Positions 50,752 to 61,339 of a stretch of DNA of 64,000 nucleotides are shown here, in pieces. The stretch's first letter is position 1. The number at the start of each line of letters is the position of its first letter. The notes under the pieces were generated by a model. It was not told the origin of the DNA and did not search any database. It saw only the letters and a program-made list of their open reading frames with translations. Where the stretch lies: sequence record PV785814.1. One strand, 5' to 3'. Both the position numbers and the translations under genes were made by a program.

Positions 50752-51609
50752 TTAAGGTGTTGGAGTTACAGTCAATGTAGCTTCAGCACTTGTTGCACTT
50801 CCAATCGTGTTAGTTACAACACAACGGTATACATTTCCGTCATCACCAAGCACAGTTGTTACGACTAGTGTATCTGAAGTCTCACCACCAATATCACCAA
50901 AGCCAGAGCCAGTATCGACTTGCCATTGATAAGTTGGTGCTGGGTTTGCATCGGATGCTACCGTGAATGTCGCGTCTTGCCCTTCTGTCACTGACTGATT
51001 CGACGGATCAGAAGTAATAGTTGGTGCAAAATGCACTGTCAACGTCGCGCTTGCACTTGTCACAGTCCCTTGACTGTTCGTCCACACAACTTGATATGTA
51101 TTACCATCCATTGCTGGTGTAACAGATGTCAGTGTTAGAACGTCGTAAATTTCACCAGTCAAGTCAACTGTATTTTCTTGCCATTGAGCAGTAGGTCCCG
51201 GAAGACCAAATGCGTCTGAGAAGAAAATCGCGCTACTACCGGCAACGACTGTTAGATTTTCAGGGTCAATCAATACAACCGGTGCTGAAAGCTGTGCTAC
51301 GTTAAGAGTTACAAAGAAAAAGCGACTGTTATGAGACTCGCGAACCAATAATGGCTGACCATCAATCACTAATGGATCGGCAGATGCGATCATTTCCAAT
51401 ACCCAATCAGGGGATTGTGGCGTGATGATTGTCTTGTCGAGGTCGTCAATTGCTTTTAATGATTGTTGAACATTCACGTATGGATATTGAGCGTAATTGA
51501 AACGCGCAACTGATAGCGGGTATTTTGGAAAGCCGCTGTTTCGAATATCTTCTAGATCAGTGTCTAGAATGTAGAATTCGATGTCATACGGGTAAATCGG
51601 GGTTGACAT
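50752..51609 (-). CDS. Ig-like-domain virion protein (Hoc-like candidate)
   Basis: Two C-terminal I-set-like repeats (P.I..P.N..V..G..A.F...A...P.P..QW..G..Y.CVV.N..G..TS..A.LTV); perfect late promoter upstream. Confidence 0.8.
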   Translation of the reverse strand: MSTPIYPYDIEFYILDTDLEDIRNSGFPKYPLSVARFNYAQYPYVNVQQSLKAIDDLDKTIITPQSPDWVLEMIASADPLVIDGQPLLVRESHNSRFFFVTLNVAQLSAPVVLIDPENLTVVAGSSAIFFSDAFGLPGPTAQWQENTVDLTGEIYDVLTLTSVTPAMDGNTYQVVWTNSQGTVTSASATLTVHFAPTITSDPSNQSVTEGQDATFTVASDANPAPTYQWQVDTGSGFGDIGGETSDTLVVTTVLGDDGNVYRCVVTNTIGSATSAEATLTVTPTP

Positions 51610-51640
51610 ATCTTTCTCCTTGTTTTGATAAGATATAACG

Positions 51641-51678
51641 TATTTATACTTGACAGCTATTTATAGCTCCTGTAGAAT
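51641..51678. promoter_or_regulatory. Back-to-back late (-) and early (+) promoters
   Basis: - strand TATAAATA (51648-51641); + strand TTGACA(51650-55)-17-TAGAAT(51673-78). Confidence 0.8.
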
Positions 51679-51704
51679 GTTTACATCAACTAAGGAGAAC
51701 TGAA

Positions 51705-51971
51705 ATGAGTTTAGAACAATACACAGAGAACGATCTTCGTGAAGAACTAGCGCGACGCGAAGCTGAACGCGAATTACTTGGTAGTATTAAAGTCGTCATT
51801 GACAAAACACCAGTTCAAGAAATCGAATCAAAACTCGTGAAACTTGCACAATCTTATCTTGAAGACGAGCTTAATGAACGAGAACTCGATACGCAGTGGG
51901 CATACGAGCAGCTAATGCAACTCGTATATGGCAATGATGTGTTCGACAAACTGAACAAACTACGTCGCTAA
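51705..51971 (+). CDS. Hypothetical early protein
   Basis: AAGGAG RBS behind the promoter. Confidence 0.7.
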   Translation: MSLEQYTENDLREELARREAERELLGSIKVVIDKTPVQEIESKLVKLAQSYLEDELNERELDTQWAYEQLMQLVYGNDVFDKLNKLRR

Positions 51972-51995
51972 CAATCAATTTGAGAGAAATATATT

Positions 51996-52670
51996 ATGTT
52001 TGATCTACTGTTCAACATCAACCATACCGTGTTTTCAATCGGTACATATGCAGTATCAGGTCTAGAACTCTGGGCTACAATCACTGGTTTAGTTTGCGTA
52101 ATCATGGCGCGAATGAACATGAAGCACAACTTCACCGTCGGCATTCTGAACTGTATCGGGTTTGCAATTCTGTTCTTCCAGATTCAGTTGTATAGCGACG
52201 TTCTCTTGCAGGGATTCTTCATTGCTATGTCGATATTCGGCTTCTATCAATGGAACAAGCAAGGTGAGAACGAAGTCAAGATCAGATACTTGAAGATGCG
52301 AAAGTTCATAGCTGCTCTTGTAACGACTTTGGTTGGTACTGCTGCACTCGCGTACTTCATCGACCCTATCATGCATTTCAGTGGGTCTCTGCTCGTGACA
52401 GACTATGTTCACGTACCGGCTGAACTCGCTGTGCAAGATGCATTCACGACCGTTGCAAGCGTAATGGCGTTCATGCTCATGATTCAACGTAAGGTCGAAG
52501 CATGGTGGTTCTGGTTAGCAGTCAACGTCGTATGTATCGTGAATTACAGCACTCAAGGTGTGATTGTAGTCGCTGCTGAATACTGTGTATTCTTAGCCAA
52601 CGCAGCATACGCGATTTACGTGTGGCACAAAGAAGGCATGAAAAACGAATACGAAGAGGTAAACTCATGA
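51996..52670 (+). CDS. pnuC: Nicotinamide riboside transporter
   Basis: Multi-pass membrane protein; LYSD..LQ.FF..MS.FGFYQW, DAFTT..S..A..LM..RKVE.WWFW..VN. Confidence 0.92.
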   Translation: MFDLLFNINHTVFSIGTYAVSGLELWATITGLVCVIMARMNMKHNFTVGILNCIGFAILFFQIQLYSDVLLQGFFIAMSIFGFYQWNKQGENEVKIRYLKMRKFIAALVTTLVGTAALAYFIDPIMHFSGSLLVTDYVHVPAELAVQDAFTTVASVMAFMLMIQRKVEAWWFWLAVNVVCIVNYSTQGVIVVAAEYCVFLANAAYAIYVWHKEGMKNEYEEVNS

Positions 52671-55600
52671 ACACGTGGGACGAAGTAAAAGACGCCGTAA
52701 ATGGCGTCTTCAAAACAACCGGCGAATTTACAAAACGATTCCCAGACACTGACGTTGTAGCAGTTGTCTTTGATAACGCACTCCCGCAAGCACTAGACAA
52801 AGCGTTGCAGCTTGCATTCATTCACGATCTCGACCGTAACAGCGTTGATTGCCAAGTAATGCTTAACGGCTACGAGCAATTGCGTACAAAAGGTTGGATT
52901 GGCGATGGCGTATAAGAAATTCAATTTGCGTGAGAACTTCGAGCACAGCACTCATGAAGAAATGCAATGTCTGCATTACGTTTTTGATAAAGTCGAACCG
53001 TATTGGCGAGATTGTAAAATGCTAACTGAAGAGCAGCGTTTCAGAATGGCTCAATGCCATACAATGGCAGTGTCTCGTACGTTGAAAAACGCTATTATCG
53101 ACGGCAAACGTCATCAAATCATGACTCGACTACGACAAGAAGAAGCTGATCGCATTTACAATGGTGATACATCGAAGCTCTACTTGTATTACCCGCATCA
53201 TCTTGTCGATGAAGAGTACCCGATTCGTGCAGAATGGTGGGTTAGCTACTGCGACCAAGACATTGAGATCATCGAAATCGCTCTTCAGAAAAGTCGATAC
53301 GCTGACGGTCGTTATCTTAAACGTGATCGCTATCACCTTGAAACGATGATGAATGTATTCGATGAAGTGCGTGAAAAACTCGAACGACGGTTTTTAATGT
53401 AATGCAAATAGACGAATCAAAGCTCGATGATATACGAAGCAAGTTAAGAGACTTGAATAATCGCGAGAAAACATTACTCATGGAAGAGATAATGCGCGAT
53501 CTTAGCTTCTTTCACGGCAACCCTGATAAAAAGCGTGCTGCTCATTCTTATATGAAGATAGCACACGGCGGTAACTACTACTTTAAGGACTTGAAAAATG
53601 AGCGCACCTAGTACAGCACATTTCTTTGCCGTTCATGAAAACGGTGAACGCGAACACTTAGGTCATATCTTCTGTAACTGCGGTTGGTTCTTTCATGAGC
53701 AACATTTCCTTGCAGACATTGCAGACGACATCGAACGCAGTGAGATTCTAAACGGCACAATGAAGAAAGGTGTCGATTGGGATTATGTAATCGCATACGG
53801 CATGGCATGGTCGAAAGAGACCGTCATGAGTCATTTACCAGAACTAGCACCGAGACGAGGTGAGTAATGTTTGACGCAATTCATTTCATGATCATCAAAT
53901 CACCATTAATCTTTACTCTACTGGCGATTTTTAGCGGGTTCTTGGCATTCATGACCGCTGGCGCACTTGGTGACTTGCCACGCGACGACGAAGATCGACC
54001 AACGATAATCAAAATCTGCATCGTGACATTTTTCACGTGTATTGGTATCGTATACTTCGGTCAGTTCTATGAACCATCATACTTTTAAGACGCTTCGGCG
54101 TCTTTTTTTCGGTTTATTGAAAATAATTGCAAAAAACGGTTGCATGAAAAGTCGAATAGCCTTAATATAGCTACATCGAAACGAGATACGAAAGAGAACA
54201 TTATGAGAACTTTTCTACGAGACAACGCAGTAACAAGCACAACTCACATCGAACTTGAAATCACAACTGAAGTACTAGGTTGGTTCAACAATGAATTCAA
54301 CCAAGCTGACGGTTGGGTTATCGTTGCTCTTGATGAGTTCGAAAAAGCTTTTCTTGAGAATGCATCAATTGATCACTCAAACGTGTACCGCGTAATGAAC
54401 GATGACCGCACTAGCTTATGCCGCATCAACGTAGAAAAAGAAACATATGCGTTTCTTGACAACGCTGAACTAATGGAAACTGGTATGTACAAGTTCGAGC
54501 GTGCTTCAAAGTATCGTTCACTGTACGCTGACTCTAAAAACGAACTATTCAAATAAGGAAATTGATATGCTGAAATTAACAGCTTTTGACATCGAACAAA
54601 TTGTGCAAGTCGGCATGCCGATTCGCGTGCAGAACATTCGTACGGAAGAAGTGTTCACAACTCACGTTGGGTTGATTCGCGGGGCATACGTTGCAGTGTT
54701 CGACGAAGACAGCATTTACACATTCGTTGGCGATTCAAGACTCGATGAGTCAAATCTGTTCCGTCTAGCAGACAACGCAACACTTACTTTTCATTAAGAG
54801 GAATACATCATGTTTGGATTTGCATCACGTGCTTTTAACAGCGTAGTAGACACTGTAGAAGACTTCATCGACGATCCAGTTGGTCAGACTGTGTATCACG
54901 CAACATCACCGATTCGCGACACAGTTGAGATCATCGACGGTCTAACTGAAGGCGAAATCAGAGGTATGGCTATTGCACGACTAGGCGCAGATGTCGCGGC
55001 TGGCATGGCAATTTCAGAAATCATCGAAGTACTTGAGTTGGGAGAATAACAATGACTGAAGCAAAACAAACTATCTGGTTACCACATGTAGTATTGACTT
55101 ATTTTCACGCGGGTCTTGTGCTTCTAAACTTGTGGACTGCTTCATCAATGTATGAGTCGTATGTACCAATGTTAATCGGGCTAATGCCAGGCATGAGTAT
55201 CGGCATGAGTGTTGTGCTTGTAATGTTCATGTATGACAAGAACAAAGAAACGTTCTTTGCCGATGTTAAAAAGCCAATTCAGGTTCTGATTGGTAAGTTC
55301 AAGCGTGGTAAGAAAGATGTCTAAAGCAATATTCACGCTATTTCGAATAGTATCAATCTATGCAGTAGGCGTAATGTCGCCTACTCTATACGCACACAAC
55401 CCTATGATGCTTGTCGCACCTGCAATGGTTGTACTAGGGTTCGGTGTTTCACTTATCTCAGATGTGGTATCAAATGAAAAAAATTAAAATAGATGCGAAA
55501 GTTGGTATGATGTCTCTATGTGGGGTGTCAGGTTCATTCCCATTCGCACACGGCAATTACTGTAGAAACACACAAGGCTATTACTTTGTCAATCTATGGG

Positions 55601-57208
55601 CAGAGAATCTTGAGCATCTAGTCGCTAACGGGTACTTGCCCGACGGGCAAATCGAAGTGCTGTTGTTTAGAGACAATAAGCAACAAAACTATCGTTATGC
55701 CTACGTTATTGACGAGCGTGTGCCGAAAGAAGCAATCCACGCGCCATACTTCTGCGGTATTGCGACTTCTGTTGAGATCATGCGCTACCACTATCAGACA
55801 CCAGACGATAAATGTCTATGTCATACTGAAGACTACAGAATCCTTAGTATGCGTTCGCAAGACAACAAAGGTCGTTCAGTGCGTCATTGCCCCGAGTGTG
55901 ACACTCGCTACACGATTCAGATGCCAAGGCGCGACGCTATCTTCCGTGTTCAGACGTTTACCGAGGATGGCTGGGGAAGATGGAAGCTTCTGTATCACAC
56001 GGGCGGTGTTTTCTACACGATTCCAGAAAACAATGTATTCCCTGCCGAAGACATCATCAAGGTCGACCGAACACCAGTGAATGAATTCGGAAGCGGTGAC
56101 GACCAACAAGGTGCAATCTCGCTTGCTGACTTCAATTTCAGCGGGGTTGTTGAGAAAGCCGTGCCACGTACCATCGAAGGCGCTCACGGCTCGGCAACTG
56201 AATACGTACCTGTATAAAAATAGTACAAAAAATCGGCGTTCCTGCGGAGCTCAGTGTCTTGCGACACTGTTAAGCTCCTTGGGTTATAATGAACGAAAAT
56301 ACAATCGTTAACATATTGAGGAAGATTTAATGAGCACAAATTCAAGCATTAGCATTACAAACATCGACGGCACAATTCGTTCAATCTACTGTCACTGGGA
56401 TGGCGGTATGTGGGATGGCGGCGTAGCACAAACTCTAATCGAGTTCTATCGCACTGAGAACGAAGTCAACGCACTTATCGATCAAGGTAACTGTAGCTCA
56501 CTTAGCGGTACGATTGAAGACAGTGTTTTCTATCACCGTGACCGTGGCGAAGAACTTGAGATCTACGCTGACGTGCAAGAACAAGAATACGACTACATGT
56601 TCCGCGACGGCAAGTGGTTTGTTACTTGCAATGAAACAACGAACACCGAAGTTGAACTCACCGAAGAGCTTCGCGCTGAACTAGAAAACTACGAGTACTA
56701 AAATGAAAACTACGTTCTTCAATGCGTCTGGTACTGAAATGCAATACAACTGGTTTCATGTGCCATTCGCGTACACCAATGTTAATCTAGGCAATAAGCA
56801 ACTCGTCATTGCTGAAATTTCTCGCAATGCAAAACGAATCGCGTATGCACTGAGAAACAACATTACAGGTCGAGTTGGTATTGTTCGCTTCACTGCTGTT
56901 CTTGATGATCGCAAACGTGGGAAATACTTTGAATACAAAGGTAACAAAGTGTTCTTGAAAGATGTAGGTGTGGTTCTATGAAAACACTGTTAATCGTGTT
57001 GGCATTCATTCTGATCGGCATTTGCGTAGGTCGAAAGCCAATCAAATGCGAAGTATGTGGGGCTGACGATGCATCAAGTGATGGTGTCGGTCTAATGCTT
57101 TGTGATAAGTGTCACGCTAAAGGCAAAAAAATAATCAAAAAAAGGGTTGCATTGTGCAGCCCTTTTTCGTATCATAGCTACATCGAAAACAAAGAGAGCA
57201 AATTATGA
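52667..57208 (+). CDS. Block of small hypothetical ORFs (e.g. 52899-53402, 54203-54556, 55474-56217 Cys-rich, 56330-56701 with YCHWDG motif)
   Basis: Dense + strand ORFs; terminator 54087-54109 (AAGACGC-TTCG-GCGTCTT) and promoter TTGCAT-17-TAATAT at 54140-54168. Confidence 0.65.
57140..57207 (+). promoter_or_regulatory. Terminator-hairpin/early-promoter composite element, copy 5
   Basis: First 40 bp identical to 59964-60003. Confidence 0.88.
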
Positions 57209-58905
57209 ACATCACATTAGAAAACTACAACGAAATCGAGAAAGCGTTGCATAACTTTAAGAAAAATTCATTCACGTGCGTTAGTGAGTATTTGAAAGAT
57301 ATGTCTCCTGCACATGAGTGTAATCGTAAAATTGAGAGCATTACAATCGGCGTGATGCAAGCAGCGGTCACAAACAAAATCGTGAATTTAGAGCCTGACT
57401 TTCAACGAGGCGTTGTTTCATCACTTGAATTCCAACAGGGTATCATCAAGAGCGTTTTCTCTAAGAGTGAAAACATCGCGCCGCTGCAAGTTGCGACATA
57501 TGAAGGTCGAAGCGACAACTTCAGTGCCGATCTGATGGATGGCAAGCAACGATTTTCTGCAATGCTTAATTTCATGAGTGGAAAATTCAAAACAGCCCCT
57601 GATACATATTGCATTGACGGTGCAACCAAGATAGACTTGGGAGGGAAGTTCTTTAATGAGATCCCTGGCAATATGCGAACACGCTTTACATCAACTAAAT
57701 TACAAGTAGAACTACTATTCAAAAAGACTCGCACCGAGCTAGGCGAAGCATTTGCACATCGAAACAATAACAATCAAATGTCAGACGCTGATAGAATGAA
57801 TGCTTCGATGACTGATTTGAGCGATAGAATGCGCGAGATTTACGAATCAAACTCATTGTTCACTGACGAATACTTCAACGATAAGGAAATCAAAAAGACG
57901 GGAGTGTGGGGATTGACCGGACGAGATCGCAATACAAACATTTATGAAAAATTGATGTTTGCAGTGATGTTCGACCACCACCGCGAGAGTATTTTCAACA
58001 GTGCAGATAACACATTCCCGATTCCTTATTACTTTAGACTGAATCGTGGGTCGGCATCACATTCAACATACGAAACATTCTTGCATGATAATGCTACGAT
58101 TAACCCAACTACGCGCATTGAAATCATACTAAAAGCATTGGTTAAACTTTTAGATAAATTACCAAAGACAGAACGCAAGGCGTTCATGAGTTCCAGCGGC
58201 GCATTTCAATACATGGTAGGCATGGTTCTGCGAATTGAAAACGAGGGATCAATTAACCTAGTGTCAGGGGGTGCTTTAAAGAAGCTGGCATTCGAGTTGA
58301 TGAATGTGTTCAATTCAGAGAGAAACGTCGCTGAATTCGATTCACTGTCATTACAGCGTGAGATTCGCCTAGTGAACAATGACAAGTCATTAGACCAAAC
58401 AGCAAAGGATGAGCGAATCCATGAGTTGCGTAATGACGTAAATTATGTGAAAAAGGTTAAGTTTGTAAAAGCGTTGAATCACGAAGATTCACGTATGATT
58501 GACCGTGCTATTCAACACGCATTCGAGAAGCTATGTGAAATTCATGAATGGAAATGGGCTGAACCGCGTAAATCACCAAACAAGGCAATCAAAGAAGAAA
58601 TGAAATCTCGTAGCCAAGATAAATGTGAACTTGATGGCATGCCTATTGAAAATCCACATGCAGATCATATTAAGCCGTATAACAATGGCGGCAAGCAAGA
58701 ATCAGCTTCCGACTATGCACTTGTATGCGGAAAGTATAATCAAGGTCGAGGTACGCAAACGTGGGTTTCTTATGTTACAAATAGCCAGACATTCGAAGAG
58801 ATTCTTGCGAAGCGTGCAGAAGAACACGGCGTGCATTATGTGACTGCACTTAAAAGATGCCTTCAGAATGCAGCCAATATGGATGCACTTGCCGCTGCAC
58901 AGTAG
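57205..58905 (+). CDS. DUF262 (ParB-like) plus C-terminal HNH endonuclease, GmrSD-like architecture
   Basis: PDFQRGVV..IIKSVF..LMDGKQRFSAM..F (DUF262); C-terminal C..HADHIKPY..GG..VCGKYN (HNH). Confidence 0.8.
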   Translation: MNITLENYNEIEKALHNFKKNSFTCVSEYLKDMSPAHECNRKIESITIGVMQAAVTNKIVNLEPDFQRGVVSSLEFQQGIIKSVFSKSENIAPLQVATYEGRSDNFSADLMDGKQRFSAMLNFMSGKFKTAPDTYCIDGATKIDLGGKFFNEIPGNMRTRFTSTKLQVELLFKKTRTELGEAFAHRNNNNQMSDADRMNASMTDLSDRMREIYESNSLFTDEYFNDKEIKKTGVWGLTGRDRNTNIYEKLMFAVMFDHHRESIFNSADNTFPIPYYFRLNRGSASHSTYETFLHDNATINPTTRIEIILKALVKLLDKLPKTERKAFMSSSGAFQYMVGMVLRIENEGSINLVSGGALKKLAFELMNVFNSERNVAEFDSLSLQREIRLVNNDKSLDQTAKDERIHELRNDVNYVKKVKFVKALNHEDSRMIDRAIQHAFEKLCEIHEWKWAEPRKSPNKAIKEEMKSRSQDKCELDGMPIENPHADHIKPYNNGGKQESASDYALVCGKYNQGRGTQTWVSYVTNSQTFEEILAKRAEEHGVHYVTALKRCLQNAANMDALAAAQ

Positions 58906-58953
58906 TTTAAACACCTCGTGCATTGATATATAATTAATGCACGAGGGGATATT

Positions 58954-59961
58954 ATGATTAAACTAGACTCAATAGATAAGATAGCATCATACATTAGTAT
59001 GGTTTGCAAAGAGCCGTTCACATATAAAAACAAACTGTACCTGCCACGTGCAATGAGAATACAAGAAGGCATACGCCGTGGGTTTATTTGCCCATCTCAT
59101 TGCGGGGCTTGCTGTGGCAACTGGTCGCTTGATTATCTTCCGAACGACGTTATAGATTCGATTGACAGCGAACGACTTGAATCAAGAGCACCGACCGATA
59201 TACACCCACACACAGATTACTATCAAACACGAGAGGCAGTTTTCAATGGTAAGAGTGTACGTTTCGTGTCTGACACGCAAGAGAAGAATTACGTAAATCG
59301 TATAAAACGGACAAATGCATGTCGGAACGTGAATGACGAGGGGCGTTGTGATATCCACACATTCGTTCTAGGTGGCGATTATGGTCAGCCGTTCTCATGT
59401 GACTTTGAATTGATCCGATTTATTTCCCCGAGCGGGATGGGTAATGGTAAAGACTATGCACGAGGTCAGTTGTTGATTGACATTCAAGACGTGTCTGGAA
59501 AAATTGTCCCACCTCACAATCAAAACGGTAGAATAACGACTGACTATTATTCGCAAGCTAGGCATATGCCAGACATGAACAATGATCGTCGCGGTGGACT
59601 AGATCTGTCTCATGAAAAGTTCAAGGACATGCATCATACTGAAATCCCGGGCCCGAAATGTTTGTTGACTGAACCTGATGCCGAATCAATTAAAGATGTC
59701 ATTCGAAAATTCAAGCGCCTCAACACGTGGGCGAGACATATTGGTGTACGAACATGGGTGCCAGAGATAATCGAGTGGCTAGAAACTACAAACCACGGCT
59801 CTATGTTGATCAATCGAGTTCCTAACGTAAATCCAACCAAGCCGTCTGACACTCGCGTAGAAGATGTCATCCTCTACTCGATAGAACATTTAGACGGGTT
59901 GTATGAACGTGCGGTGGGTGAGAAAAGTGTGACACAGGGCACATTATCAGATTGGATATGA
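58954..59961 (+). CDS. Cys-cluster protein (YkgJ/FliB-like CxxxCxxCC, probable Fe-S or Zn)
   Basis: CPSHCGACC followed by CRNV..GRCDIH..QPFSC. Confidence 0.7.
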   Translation: MIKLDSIDKIASYISMVCKEPFTYKNKLYLPRAMRIQEGIRRGFICPSHCGACCGNWSLDYLPNDVIDSIDSERLESRAPTDIHPHTDYYQTREAVFNGKSVRFVSDTQEKNYVNRIKRTNACRNVNDEGRCDIHTFVLGGDYGQPFSCDFELIRFISPSGMGNGKDYARGQLLIDIQDVSGKIVPPHNQNGRITTDYYSQARHMPDMNNDRRGGLDLSHEKFKDMHHTEIPGPKCLLTEPDAESIKDVIRKFKRLNTWARHIGVRTWVPEIIEWLETTNHGSMLINRVPNVNPTKPSDTRVEDVILYSIEHLDGLYERAVGEKSVTQGTLSDWI

Positions 59962-59963
59962 AT

Positions 59964-60036
59964 AAAAGGGTTGCATTGTGCAGCCCTTTTTCGTATCATA
60001 GCTTTATCGAAACGAGATACGAAAGAGAACATTATG
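59964..60036 (+). promoter_or_regulatory. Terminator-hairpin/early-promoter composite element, copy 6
   Basis: AAAAGGGTTGCATTGTGCAGCCCTTTTTCGTATCATAGCT, then ATCGAAACGAGATACGAAAGAGAACATTATG. Confidence 0.88.
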
Positions 60037-61339
60037 ATTACACTATCTACTAACCAAGAACAACTAGCTATCTTTGCTACTCTTGATTCAGCATTAAGCT
60101 CGCCAATCATGAACTTCGTTCAAAAGAAGCATGTTTCTGGCTACACGTTGTACCATCTAGTAATGTCCCGCGAAGATGTTCTTTCTCTTGCAAATGCAGT
60201 AAAAGAAAGCGACTTTGACTTTGAAGATGAATGCGGTCTAATCTTCAATGAATCAATGTCAGAACTGCTTCTTGAAATCTACGAAGAAAACGACACTGAC
60301 TGCGTTTACGGTATTTCACTTTAATTGGAGAAACTTATGATTAACCCACTATCACCTGTACTTTGGTCTTACACAGACGTTGAACGCGAAACTGGTCTTC
60401 GCATTTGGGAAGAAATGATTCACAATGTAGAAGGAACTGGCATTCGCTTGTACGCTGCAAAGTACAATCAATTCGTATTCGAAGCGATTCACCCTCGCGT
60501 GTCTCTTTATGAACACTTCAATGTGCTCGATCCAGTTGACGCGACAATCAACTTTCATAGCAATAGCTACACGATTGTTATCATCACTGAAGATTCATTC
60601 GACGTGTTGTTCTCAGAGCGTGCAAGCGAACGTACAATCGCCGACGTTGAACGTCTAATCAATGAATGCTCAGTCACGTGGAACGAAGATCGTATATGCA
60701 CACACGAGCAGCGTTACACAATCGAGTGGTGTAGTGACATTCAAGATTACATCATCAACACTGTTTCTTTCGACCGTAAGTGGAGCTAATCATGGAATGG
60801 GGTATATTTTCATTAGTATGTGCTTGCATTGCTGTGTTTCTTATCACCAAAAAAGACAAGTGCAAGCATGATTGGGTAAAAGTCATCGACGAGACATCAC
60901 AATCAATGGGTGAGAAGTACGGTGAAATGACTGGTAAAGTCCCGGCGGCTCGTAATTCATACGCACTCGAAGAACTGACCAAGCGTAAGCGTATCATCAT
61001 TCTTAAATGTGCCAAATGCGGTAAGCTAGACAAAACGGTGGAGACTGTCTAATGCAATATACACTTGACTTGCTAAACGAAAAGCTTGAATCTCTGAAGA
61101 AAGAACAATTCGGTTGGGTTGTAGCGTTACCTCACAAACAAGGTGATGATATTGCGCGTGTTCAAGCAATCATCACTGACATTGCAGTGCAGATTACATC
61201 AATCGAGCACGATATTAAACTCATTCAAGCAGCACGTGGGTTAAATGCAACGACCGTTAAGCAACTAGTCGATGCGCATTACAAAGAATACCACGGTCTT
61301 GATGAGAACGACAACTTTATTACACGAGCGGCAGAATAA
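60034..61339 (+). CDS. Four hypothetical ORFs (60034-60324; 60325-60789; about 60792-61052; 61052-61339)
   Basis: Abutting ORFs behind the composite promoter. Confidence 0.65.

Noticed and set aside
21897-60036. Repeated hairpin elements as a CRISPR array or IS ends
   Set aside because: Copies are kilobases apart, separated by genes, and contain promoter boxes; no cas or transposase genes
217-60558. Numerous 60-140-aa minus-strand and alternative-frame ORFs in the track
   Set aside because: They overlap well-supported + strand genes, lack an RBS and show no motifs; only 13233-13742 and 50752-51609 are accepted on the minus strand
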